Assembly (NCBI GenBank): GCA_027064305.1
Contig: JAMOPY010000033.1
Span: 1 to 37,592, forward strand
DNA length: 37,592 nt
From: Methanobacteriota archaeon
Lineage (GTDB): Archaea; JAADCQ01; Methanopyri; Methanopyrales; Methanopyraceae
Reading direction: 5' to 3'
Part shown: positions 26,076-34,180 of the stretch, in pieces
Layout: each line of letters starts with the position of its first letter
How positions within the stretch are numbered: position 1 is the stretch's first letter
The notes under the pieces: model-generated
Seen by the model: the letters and a program-made list of their open reading frames with translations, nothing else
Told to the model about the DNA's origin: nothing
Databases searched by the model: none
Program-made: the position numbers and the translations under genes

Positions 26076-26867
26076 GACGTACCTCGACCACACCGGATCG
26101 TAATCTCCCGGCCGGAGCTCCAACCGGCGCCCCGCGCTCACCACCACCCTACCCCCCTCGCTCGCCGCCCGGCCGAGCAGGTCCCCCAGCTCCAGCGACG
26201 CCAGCCCGGCCACCGTACCCCTCAACCCACTCGGCGGGCGCTCAACCCTCGGCCGGGGAAGCTCCTTCACCGCCTCCTCCACCTCAAGACCGATCGAGCG
26301 GACCCGATACCCCACGGCGCGCGCCAGCAGGACCGAAACGTACGCCCGCTCCGCCAGCTCGTACGTGCACCGCAGCAGCTCCCCCACCAGCTCCGGGGGC
26401 AGGCACGCCCGCTCGCCGAGCAGCCTGGAGAGCGCCCGGGACAGGCACCGGGCCACGAACCGATCGTCCCGAACCTCCCGACAGCCCAGCGAGACGACGG
26501 GCAGGAACACCCGCACCACCCCGTCCAGATCCGCCGCCAGCAGGGCCCGAACGCCCCTCCTCAGCATCTCGCGAACGACCTCCGCGGCGTCCTCGGAAAG
26601 CCGCTCCGACCGCTCCAGCAGCCGGTCCAGGCCGCTCCACACCCGATCGTCCACGCTGAGGTACTCCGACAGCTCGGCCGGGTGGACCGAGACGGGGTGC
26701 CTCACGTTCACCGGCATCCCGATCGACACGCTCGCGGCCAGGGACACGGCCCGGTAGAACCGGCGCGAGGGCTTCACGGGCGGGCCGAGCCACGCCCACT
26801 CCCGCTCCGGCCTCACCTCCGGAGACACCCGACCCCGGTCGGAGTGCAGCGCGAGGATGAGGGTCAC
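26058..26867 (-). CDS. Hypothetical protein
   Basis: 269-aa ORF with normal composition; TTAAAA about 40 bp upstream. Confidence 0.6.
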   Translation of the reverse strand: MTLILALHSDRGRVSPEVRPEREWAWLGPPVKPSRRFYRAVSLAASVSIGMPVNVRHPVSVHPAELSEYLSVDDRVWSGLDRLLERSERLSEDAAEVVREMLRRGVRALLAADLDGVVRVFLPVVSLGCREVRDDRFVARCLSRALSRLLGERACLPPELVGELLRCTYELAERAYVSVLLARAVGYRVRSIGLEVEEAVKELPRPRVERPPSGLRGTVAGLASLELGDLLGRAASEGGRVVVSAGRRLELRPGDYDPVWSRYVSRVCL

Positions 26868-26983
26868 CGGGCACCCCCTGACCCGGTGGGATCCCGGGAG
26901 TCAAATTTTAAGCCGGTCGAACGACGGCGTGACCCGGCCCAGGAGGCCTCGTGTGCAACGGGATGAACCGCCCGGGGACCGCC

Positions 26984-27057
26984 GCCCGGTCCTCCCCGCC
27001 CGCGGGGGACGCGGCCGGGCCGTGGATGACCCGACGGGCCGGCTACCGCCGGGCACA
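26984..27057 (+). ncRNA. H/ACA guide hairpin 1
   Basis: Lower stem gcccgg/ccgggc, pocket tcctcccc + cggctaccg, upper stem gcccgcggg/cccgacgggc, K-turn (GA...gatGA) closed by cgcggc/gccgtg, ACA 15 nt from the upper stem. Confidence 0.8.
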
Positions 27058-27066
27058 GCCGATGAA

Positions 27067-27154
27067 GGGCCCGGGTGGGACGACGGCGGGACAACCCTCC
27101 CACGAGCGCGGCCGCCTCGCCCGACGATGACCCGCCGTTTCACCCGGGCCCACA
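27067..27154 (+). ncRNA. H/ACA-like hairpin 2, probably in the same transcript as hairpin 1
   Basis: gggcccgggtg/cacccgggccc and acggcggg/cccgccgt stems, GA...GATGA K-turn-like motif, ACA at 27152-27154. Confidence 0.6.
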
Positions 27155-27167
27155 GGGGGTCTCACCC

Positions 27168-28157
27168 ATCGCGAGGGTCCCATTCGGTCACTCCGGAACC
27201 ATCGCGGCCAAGACCACCCTGATTCTAGCCCTAGCGATCGCCGCGTCCGCCACCGCGGGGGTCGCCCTCTACCACCTTTATCACGCCGGCAAGAGGCCCG
27301 AGAGCAGGCTGGACCGGCTGTCCCACGCCCGGTGCATCGTGGTCATCAGCGAGGACCTCTGCGGCGGCTCCCGGTACACCGTCCAGCTCGCGGAGCGGCT
27401 CCGCCGGAAGGGCGTCCCCATGACCTTCGCCGTCCCCGCGTGGGAGGCCTACGCGTACCCGGACCGGATGCGGAAGCTGCGCGAGCTGGGCTGCGACCTC
27501 ATCAACCACGCCAACGACGGGGGCGCCTCGTACGCGTTCCTCGGCCACCCGGGCAAGCTGGCCGGGCTACCGGAGGAGGAGCAGCGCAAGATCATCCACA
27601 CCGCCCAAGAGCAGATCCGAAAGGCGACCGGGTTCCGACCCGACGCCTACCGGGCCCCCGGCCTGGCGATCGACGAGAACACGTACCGGGCCCTGATCCG
27701 GGAGGGCATCTGGATCGACTCCAGCAAGATCTTCACGCACCCGGGGACCCGAGGCGCCCCGCGGTGGATCAAGGTCGACGGGCATCGGATCCTGGAGATC
27801 CCGATCGCCTGCTACACCGAGTGGGAGTACGACCGGCACGGTCGACCCGTCAGGCCCAAGTTCCTGTGCTCGTTCGCCGACGACCTGTTCGTGCAACCGA
27901 AGATCCGGTCCCACCAGCCCGAGCGGGCGCTGGAGAACCTCAAGCGCGGGTTCGACCAGTACTACCGGCACGGCCGGCCCGGGCGACCGACCGTGTTCGT
28001 CGTGCTCTTCCACGAGCACATCACGGCCAACCCGAAGTACTGGTGGATCATCCTCGAGTTCGTCGACTACGCCCGCCGGCACCCCGGGGTGGAGTTCGCC
28101 ACGATCGACGAGGTCGCCCAGCTGGCCAAGCGGGGCCAGCGGTTCACCGCCTTCTAG
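27168..28157 (+). CDS. Membrane-anchored polysaccharide deacetylase (NodB-like); start uncertain
   Basis: Hydrophobic anchor LILALAIAASATAGVALY, then MTFAV, LINH, YRAPG, DSS, VLFHE; ORF open from 27075. Confidence 0.72.
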   Translation: MARVPFGHSGTIAAKTTLILALAIAASATAGVALYHLYHAGKRPESRLDRLSHARCIVVISEDLCGGSRYTVQLAERLRRKGVPMTFAVPAWEAYAYPDRMRKLRELGCDLINHANDGGASYAFLGHPGKLAGLPEEEQRKIIHTAQEQIRKATGFRPDAYRAPGLAIDENTYRALIREGIWIDSSKIFTHPGTRGAPRWIKVDGHRILEIPIACYTEWEYDRHGRPVRPKFLCSFADDLFVQPKIRSHQPERALENLKRGFDQYYRHGRPGRPTVFVVLFHEHITANPKYWWIILEFVDYARRHPGVEFATIDEVAQLAKRGQRFTAF

Positions 28158-28216
28158 CCGCCCCTTTCCGCTAATTCTATCCGGCACCGGGCGGCACCCG
28201 CCCGGGCTCAGCCCGA

Positions 28217-28828
28217 GTGCCGGTCGTCATCACGCTCCGCGCGTACCGAGGTCTCATCATCCCGCCGGAGCGGGTTCCCGGGGGTCGCGCCGTGTTCTCC
28301 GGGGTGGAGGAGGGGTCCGTGCGGGTGCAGAAGTGGGTCGTGGACGTGCTCACGGGCCGGAAGCTCCGGGTGCAGGAGCTGCGGGCGACCGTTAGGGTGG
28401 ACCACCGGGAGCTCATGCTCCTGTCCATGGACGTGCGGGACGACGAGAACCCGCTCTCCCTGACCGCGGGGGTCGTGGGGCTGTTCTCCGCCGCCCTGGC
28501 CGACCTGCTCGGCTGGGCCGACGGCGCGGACCTGTACTACCCGATCACCTCGGCCAACCGGGACGCGTGGCGCGTCTGCGTCGACGCGGCCGTCCTCGCC
28601 GTCGTCGACACCTACTCCCGCGACCTGGGCGTGACCGTGCGGGACTTCGTGTCCGAGGCCGGCCTCCCCTGGCTCCGCACGCTCGCGGACAACGGGTTCA
28701 AGCCCGAGACCGTCATCCGGGGGGCGGACGAGACCTTCGTGATGACCCTCATGAACCTCCTGCGCCGGGAACTCCGGGCCCGGTGCGGGGACCGCTGGCG
28801 CGAGGTCTGGGCCCGCATGAGCCGGTGA
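28217..28828 (+). CDS. Hypothetical protein
   Basis: 203-aa ORF with typical codon usage, abutting the pheS stop. Confidence 0.65.
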   Translation: MPVVITLRAYRGLIIPPERVPGGRAVFSGVEEGSVRVQKWVVDVLTGRKLRVQELRATVRVDHRELMLLSMDVRDDENPLSLTAGVVGLFSAALADLLGWADGADLYYPITSANRDAWRVCVDAAVLAVVDTYSRDLGVTVRDFVSEAGLPWLRTLADNGFKPETVIRGADETFVMTLMNLLRRELRARCGDRWREVWARMSR

Positions 28829-30409
28829 TCACCGCCGAGCCCGCGCCGAGGGAAGCTCCAGCAGCGTCTTCAGGTCGCTCATGTACAGCTCCCGGATGTC
28901 GTCGATCCCCAGCTTCATCATGGCCAACCGTTCGACGCCCAGCCCCCACGCCAGGCACACCACGTCCTCCCCGAACCCGAGCGGTCGCAGGACCTCCTGC
29001 CGGAAGATCCCGGCCCCGCCCAGCTCGACCCAGTCCCCCTTCTCCTCGAAGTACACCTCCGGCTCCACGGACAGGACCGTGTACGGGAAGTACGCCGGCC
29101 GGAACCGCACCTCCTCGAACCCCATCCGCCGGTAGAACTCCTCCAGGACGCCCAGCAGCTCCCGGAAGGACACGTCCTCCGCCAGCACGATCCCCTCGCA
29201 CTGATGAAACTCCGGCAGGTGCTTGTAGTCCACCGTCTCCCGCCGGTAGACCCGACCGATCGAGAAGAGCTTCAGCGGCGGCCCCTCCGCCTCGTACAAC
29301 CGGCGCACCGACACCGCCGTCGTGTGCGTGCGGAGGACCGGCTTCCGCGCCACCTCCTCGTCCCACTCGTACCCCCACCCGCGCGAGCCCACGTCCCCAC
29401 CGTCCTCGTGCACGGACTTGACCCGCTCCACCACCTCCCCGTCCGGCAGCTCCGCCTCCGACGGCTCCTCCAGGTAGAACGTGTCCTGCATCTCCCGGGC
29501 CGCGTGATCCTGCGGCTGAAAGAGCGCGTCGAAGTTCCAGAAGCTGGACTCCACCAGCGGGCCGGACACCTCCCGGAACCCCATCTCCAGGAACACGCGC
29601 CGGATCTCCTCGATAACCTCCCGCAGCGGGTGCCGCTTGCCCGGGTACGTCGGCCGCGTCGGCGCCTTCACGTCGTACGGCTTGAACTCCTTCTCCCGCC
29701 ACGTACCCTCGCGCAGGTGCTCCGGCTTCAACTCCGTGATCCAGTCCCGCTCCAGCACCTCCTCCGCCCACTCCGCCACCTCACGCCCCAGATCCGTCAA
29801 CCGCACGACCCGACTCCGCACCTCCCGCTCCTCCACCACGTCCCCCCGCTCCGACAGCCGCTCGAGCGCCTCCCGAACCTTCTCCTCGTCCTCGCCCAGC
29901 CGCGACGCCACCTCCTCCACCGAGGCCGGGCCCTCCGACAGCGCCTCCAGCACCCGCTGATCCAGGTCCTCCTCAATGGCCTCCTCCTCGCCCACGAAGA
30001 CGAGCCTGGTCTCACCGTCCTCGCGCTTGATCTCGGCCAGCCCCTTCCTCCTCAGCCACCCCAGCGTGGGCCCGGCCAACCGCCCGGGCACGCCCGCCCG
30101 CTCCAGCGCCTCCTCCAGCCCGAGCTCCCCGCCCGCCTCGACCAGGACCCGAGCCACCCGGAGCTCCGGCAGGCCCTTCTCCGCGTACTCCCGACCCTCC
30201 TCCCCCAGCTCGTACACGCGCTCGCGCCTCTCCTCCGACTCGATCAGGCCACGCTCCTCCAACCAGTACAGGGACCTCATCACCGGACCCTCATCGTACC
30301 CCAGCTCCCGCGCCAGCTCCTCCGGCGTGGCCCGACCCCGCTCCCGCAGCTCCAACAGGATCCTCAGGTCCCGCTCGCTCAACCGCTCCGCCAGCTCCTT
30401 AGGCTCCAC
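28829..30409 (-). CDS. pheS: Phenylalanyl-tRNA synthetase alpha subunit
   Basis: FWNFDALFQPQDHAAREMQDTF, LRTHTT, HLPEFHQCEG, FRPAYFPYT, AWGLGVERLAM; archaeal N-terminal winged-helix domains. Confidence 0.96.
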   Translation of the reverse strand: MEPKELAERLSERDLRILLELRERGRATPEELARELGYDEGPVMRSLYWLEERGLIESEERRERVYELGEEGREYAEKGLPELRVARVLVEAGGELGLEEALERAGVPGRLAGPTLGWLRRKGLAEIKREDGETRLVFVGEEEAIEEDLDQRVLEALSEGPASVEEVASRLGEDEEKVREALERLSERGDVVEEREVRSRVVRLTDLGREVAEWAEEVLERDWITELKPEHLREGTWREKEFKPYDVKAPTRPTYPGKRHPLREVIEEIRRVFLEMGFREVSGPLVESSFWNFDALFQPQDHAAREMQDTFYLEEPSEAELPDGEVVERVKSVHEDGGDVGSRGWGYEWDEEVARKPVLRTHTTAVSVRRLYEAEGPPLKLFSIGRVYRRETVDYKHLPEFHQCEGIVLAEDVSFRELLGVLEEFYRRMGFEEVRFRPAYFPYTVLSVEPEVYFEEKGDWVELGGAGIFRQEVLRPLGFGEDVVCLAWGLGVERLAMMKLGIDDIRELYMSDLKTLLELPSARARR

Positions 30410-30506
30410 CGGGGCACCCCCTGATGACACAAGGAGCGTGAGGCTGAGGCGGGGTTAACCCGCCCGGGCTCACGGTGACCCCCTTCGGGGGACCTCACCC
30501 GGGCGC

Positions 30507-30582
30507 TGTGGCCCGGGTGGCTGGCGTCGACCGGTCATCGCGCGGGGGACCCCGCCTCCCGACCGCCGGCTGGGCCCGGGCC
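30507..30582 (-). ncRNA. H/ACA guide hairpin candidate
   Basis: Minus strand: ggcccggg/cccgggcc lower stem followed by ACA, internal pocket, cggtcgg/ccggtcg upper stem, GA...GATGA K-turn; AT-rich promoter-like AATTTAC about 25 bp upstream. Confidence 0.65.
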
Positions 30583-30633
30583 GCCGGAGCCCCGACCGCG
30601 CGCCGTAAATTAGTCTTTCCAGGGGGACCCGCC

Positions 30634-31071
30634 TTGATCCGACGGCTCGAGCACTGGTCCGGGCCACTCTACCTCCACTGCTCCCTGCGCCGAGGGGACC
30701 CGGAACCCATCATCGAGGCGAGCGTCCCCGACGCGATCGTGCAGGCCGTGTCCCGCAGGTACGCCGACCACCGGCTCGCCGCCTCCGCCGCCGTCAGGGC
30801 CCTCCGAGCCCACGAGGAGAACCGAGGCCTGGCCCGCTCACTCGACCTGGAGTTCCTGCTCCGCCTCCTCGGCACCCGGCAGATCTCGGAGGCCGTAAAG
30901 AGGGCGGCCCCGGACCGCACCTTCACGGCCGTCGTCGCCTCCCGGGAGAAGGAGCGGGTGGAGGAGGGACTGAAAAAAATCGAGAAGACCTCGGAGATCC
31001 TGGAGGCGTTCCCCGAGCGGGACGACCTCAAGCGGCTGCTGACCCGCGCCGCCGCCGTGGACGTCGAGTGA
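30634..31071 (+). CDS. cgi121: KEOPS complex subunit Cgi121
   Basis: VQAV, ARSLDLEFLLRLLGTRQISEAVK; TTG start after GGGGA. Confidence 0.82.
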   Translation: MIRRLEHWSGPLYLHCSLRRGDPEPIIEASVPDAIVQAVSRRYADHRLAASAAVRALRAHEENRGLARSLDLEFLLRLLGTRQISEAVKRAAPDRTFTAVVASREKERVEEGLKKIEKTSEILEAFPERDDLKRLLTRAAAVDVE

Positions 31072-32350
31072 GCCACGGGGCCACCAGCGCGAACCACACC
31101 GGGAGCCCGCGCGACCCGATCGTCACCTCACCCCGGAAGCTCGACGCGTAGCAGAACGTCACCGAGCCGGCCAGCGGCCGCAGGATCAACCGCAGCAGCC
31201 ACCCGATGAGCGGCGGGAAGTGCACGGCCCCCAGCCGCTCCGCCAGGTCCAGCGCGTTCACCGTGGAGGAAGCCTGCAGCCGGTTGCCCGGCACCCCCAC
31301 CCCGTACACGACCAGCAGACCACCGGGAGCGCTGCCCCGGATGACCAGGTCCCTGCCGCGAGCCTCCGCCCGCACGTCGGCCCGGTACGCGAACACCTTC
31401 GGATTCTCACCCAGCATCGCCGCCGCCCGGGACGCCACGATCCCGTTGATCGGATTGGTGCCCGCGAAGTAGAAGACCACCGCCGTCCCCTTGTTCGCCC
31501 ACAGCGGCAGCCCACGAACCCGGATCTCGCCGCCCCTCGGTCGGCTCTCGAACCGCACCTCCGTCTCCTTGAGTACCTCCAGGGCCTGCTTCACGTCCCG
31601 GATGTTCTTTTGCAGCAGGTCCAGCACGCTGCCCCGGTAGCTCAGCGTCACGACCACCAGGTTGTAGGTCCCCTCGCCGGTGGTCCGAATCCTGACCTCC
31701 CTCCTACCCGCGTCGACGCTGACCTCCGTCGCCTCGCTCGGGTACTCGTACGACCAGCCCAGCCGGATCGGCAGCCCGGTGAGATCGTCCAGCTGCCTCG
31801 ACCCGGCGAGCACGTAGAGGTGCAGCTCCGGGTACGGGAACGCGTATTCCCGGTGGAACTCGCCCCGCTCCACGAGCTCCTTCAGCGCCGACGGCAGGTT
31901 CCCGGGCGGGTTCCCGACGGTGTACTCCTTCCACATGTCCACGTGGAACACGCACTCCAGGATCCTCACCTTCTTGCCCCGAAGCCGGTCCGCGAGCCGC
32001 TCCAGCACGTCCCTGTGCTTCGTGGCCAGTTCGATCGCCCGCTTCAGCTCCGGCTTGTTGTACCTCTCGGCGATCGTCTCCGCCACCGGCCGCACGTCGT
32101 CGGCGAACCTCAACAGCTCGTGAATCGACTCACCCACGTCCACCTCCCGCTCCTGCGGCCCCAGGTAGTCCACGTTGATCTTGCCCACCAGGGTGAACCC
32201 GGCCTGCTGGTACAGGATCGCGAGCTTTTCCCCCTGGAAGATCGGCTCCCGCTCGACCTTCTGCACGTTCTCCTCGAACTCCGTGTTAACGCCCGCCACC
32301 GGTACCGCGCAGACCGTCAGGGCGAGGAGGAGCGCGACCGGGGCCCGCAC
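31028..32350 (-). CDS. Secreted or membrane-anchored protein of unknown function
   Basis: Signal peptide MRAPVALLLALTVCAVPVAG; C-terminal hydrophobic stretch plus Arg cluster. Confidence 0.72.
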   Translation of the reverse strand: MRAPVALLLALTVCAVPVAGVNTEFEENVQKVEREPIFQGEKLAILYQQAGFTLVGKINVDYLGPQEREVDVGESIHELLRFADDVRPVAETIAERYNKPELKRAIELATKHRDVLERLADRLRGKKVRILECVFHVDMWKEYTVGNPPGNLPSALKELVERGEFHREYAFPYPELHLYVLAGSRQLDDLTGLPIRLGWSYEYPSEATEVSVDAGRREVRIRTTGEGTYNLVVVTLSYRGSVLDLLQKNIRDVKQALEVLKETEVRFESRPRGGEIRVRGLPLWANKGTAVVFYFAGTNPINGIVASRAAAMLGENPKVFAYRADVRAEARGRDLVIRGSAPGGLLVVYGVGVPGNRLQASSTVNALDLAERLGAVHFPPLIGWLLRLILRPLAGSVTFCYASSFRGEVTIGSRGLPVWFALVAPWLTRRPRRRRGSAAA

Positions 32351-32717
32351 CCCTCATCCCCCTTACCCGAGGTGAACCGTCCGACCGGTCCGCACCGTAC
32401 CGATGGGTTTGATTGCGTTTACTACCCGACCAGACCGGATGGCTCGGGCTCGACGCCGCGGGCGACCAACGTAGCGACCGTCTCCGTATCCCCGGATCAT
32501 CGTGGGAGTGCTTGAGCGGGCTCGTTTCCCTCGTCCGACCGCCCTCCGCGATCGCCCCTCGCGCCGCCCCCTCACCACGGAAGTTGGCCCGTTCGGCCCG
32601 TCGGTGGAGGTCGTGTCCGTCCGCGTTGGGCGATCTGGGCGTCTGATAGCCATTGAACTCGCTGGGGACAAGGTTTCAGGGTCTGCCCGCGTGGTCACGC
32701 CAGGGGTCGTCGGGACG

Positions 32718-32948
32718 GTGGAGTACGACCACGAGCTCGACGTTCGCGGTAAGGTCTGTCCCATGCCCGTCCTCGAGACGCGGAAGAAGCTCGAGGAGAT
32801 GGACGAGGGCGAGGTGCTGAAGGTGGTCGGCGACTACCCGCCCGCGAAGGACAACATCCGCCGCTTCGCGGAGGAGAACGGGCACGAGGTGCTGGAGGTG
32901 GAGGAGAAGGACGACCGCTTCGTCATCTACATCCGGAAGGGCGGCTAG
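32718..32948 (+). CDS. TusA/SirA-family sulfur carrier
   Basis: LDVRGKVCPMPVL (CPxP motif); 76 aa. Confidence 0.9.
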   Translation: MEYDHELDVRGKVCPMPVLETRKKLEEMDEGEVLKVVGDYPPAKDNIRRFAEENGHEVLEVEEKDDRFVIYIRKGG

Positions 32949-33000
32949 CCCACGACAAATTTATCGGGCGCTCGCGATCGACCCGGCGCGGGGGCGCGTT

Positions 33001-33348
33001 TTGTCCGAGGAGCAGGAGCGAGAGGAGGAGAGGGAAGAGGAGGAGCGGGACGAAGAGGAGGTGGGTGTGCGCCGCGCCACGGCCGAGGAGATGAAGGAGA
33101 TCGGCGGTAAGACCCGCGAGGAGCTGATCGAGGAGGCCGCGGAGAAGGTCGAGATGACGGAGGCGGGCCGGATCGAGCGCAGCGATTACGCGGTGTGCTC
33201 CGCCTGCGGCGGTCCCATCGCCCCGGGCGAGCGGGCCGTGTCGCACCCGTGTCCGAAGTGCGGTGAGGTCGTGATCACCCGGTGCCAGAAGTGCCGGCGG
33301 CTGGGCAACCGGTATCAGTGCCCGAACTGCGGGTTCATCGGACCGTAA
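33001..33348 (+). CDS. Zn-ribbon protein (HVO_2753/DUF1610-like) with acidic N-terminal extension
   Basis: [27 protein letters not shown]; usual position upstream of EF-1beta. Confidence 0.85.
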   Translation: MSEEQEREEEREEEERDEEEVGVRRATAEEMKEIGGKTREELIEEAAEKVEMTEAGRIERSDYAVCSACGGPIAPGERAVSHPCPKCGEVVITRCQKCRRLGNRYQCPNCGFIGP

Positions 33349-33361
33349 GGGGGTCCGGCCC

Positions 33362-33640
33362 GTGTCCAAGGTGCTGGTCGACCTGAAGGTGCTGCCGGAG
33401 AGCCCGGAGGTGGACTACGAGGAGCTCGCGGAGGAGGTCCGGGAGCGGTTGGAGAACCTGGACATCGTCGAGTCGGTGGAGGGGATCGAGGAGGAGCCCA
33501 TCGCCTTCGGCCTGAAGGCGCTCCGGGTCAAGGTGGTGGTGCCGGACGCGGAGGGAGGGACCGACCGGCTCGAGGAGGAGCTCCGGGACTTGGAGCACGT
33601 GAACCAGGTGGAGGTGGTGTCCGCGAGCCGCACCCTTTAG
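33362..33640 (+). CDS. ef1b: Translation elongation factor 1-beta
   Basis: [27 protein letters not shown]. Confidence 0.95.
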   Translation: MSKVLVDLKVLPESPEVDYEELAEEVRERLENLDIVESVEGIEEEPIAFGLKALRVKVVVPDAEGGTDRLEEELRDLEHVNQVEVVSASRTL

Positions 33641-33656
33641 GCCTCCCTCCCGGGTG

Positions 33657-33681
33657 GATCGTTATTGATGTCGAAACGATA
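33657..33681. repeat. Dyad motif copy 5
   Basis: GATCGTTA-TTGATGTCG-AAACGATA, 16 bp after the ef1b stop, overlapping the next start codon. Confidence 0.7.
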
Positions 33682-34180
33682 CGGGAGGTTCCTGGACCTG
33701 CTCTCCCGGGTCTCCCGAGGGCTCTCCGACGCCGTTCGGGACCGGCTCCGGGAGCTGCACCGCGTCCGGGGCCACCGGGGCGACACGCGGCTGGAACACT
33801 GCGTGAAGACCGCGTACCTGTGCTACCGCCTGGCCGGGACGCTGGGCGTGGACGGGCTCAAGGCGGTTCGGGCGGGTCTGCTCCACGACGTCGGGTACGG
33901 GATCCCCGGGTGCCCGCTCTGCCGGTTGGATCCCGGGGGCCACTGCGGGATCTGCCACTGGCGGACCGGGGCTCAGTTGCTGGCCCGGGAGGGGGAGGAC
34001 CCGGAGATCGTCGCGGCGGTCCGGCGGCACATGTTTCCCTACGGCCCTCCGCCTAGGTCCCGGCTCGACTGGTGCGTGTGGTGGTCGGACAAGCTGGAGG
34101 TGCTGCTCACGTCGCTCGGCCGGGAAGTGCTGCCGAGGGAGGCGCTCGACCGGGCCCTTAGGATCCTCTTGCAACCTTGA
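33668..34180 (+). CDS. HD-domain phosphohydrolase
   Basis: LEHC, AGLLHDVG, H..TGA, RRHM, WSDK. Confidence 0.8.
   Translation: MSKRYGRFLDLLSRVSRGLSDAVRDRLRELHRVRGHRGDTRLEHCVKTAYLCYRLAGTLGVDGLKAVRAGLLHDVGYGIPGCPLCRLDPGGHCGICHWRTGAQLLAREGEDPEIVAAVRRHMFPYGPPPRSRLDWCVWWSDKLEVLLTSLGREVLPREALDRALRILLQP

Noticed and set aside
30422-30447. TGATGA...CTGA on the plus strand
   Set aside because: Only one box pair, antisense to the pheS leader, with no second guide.
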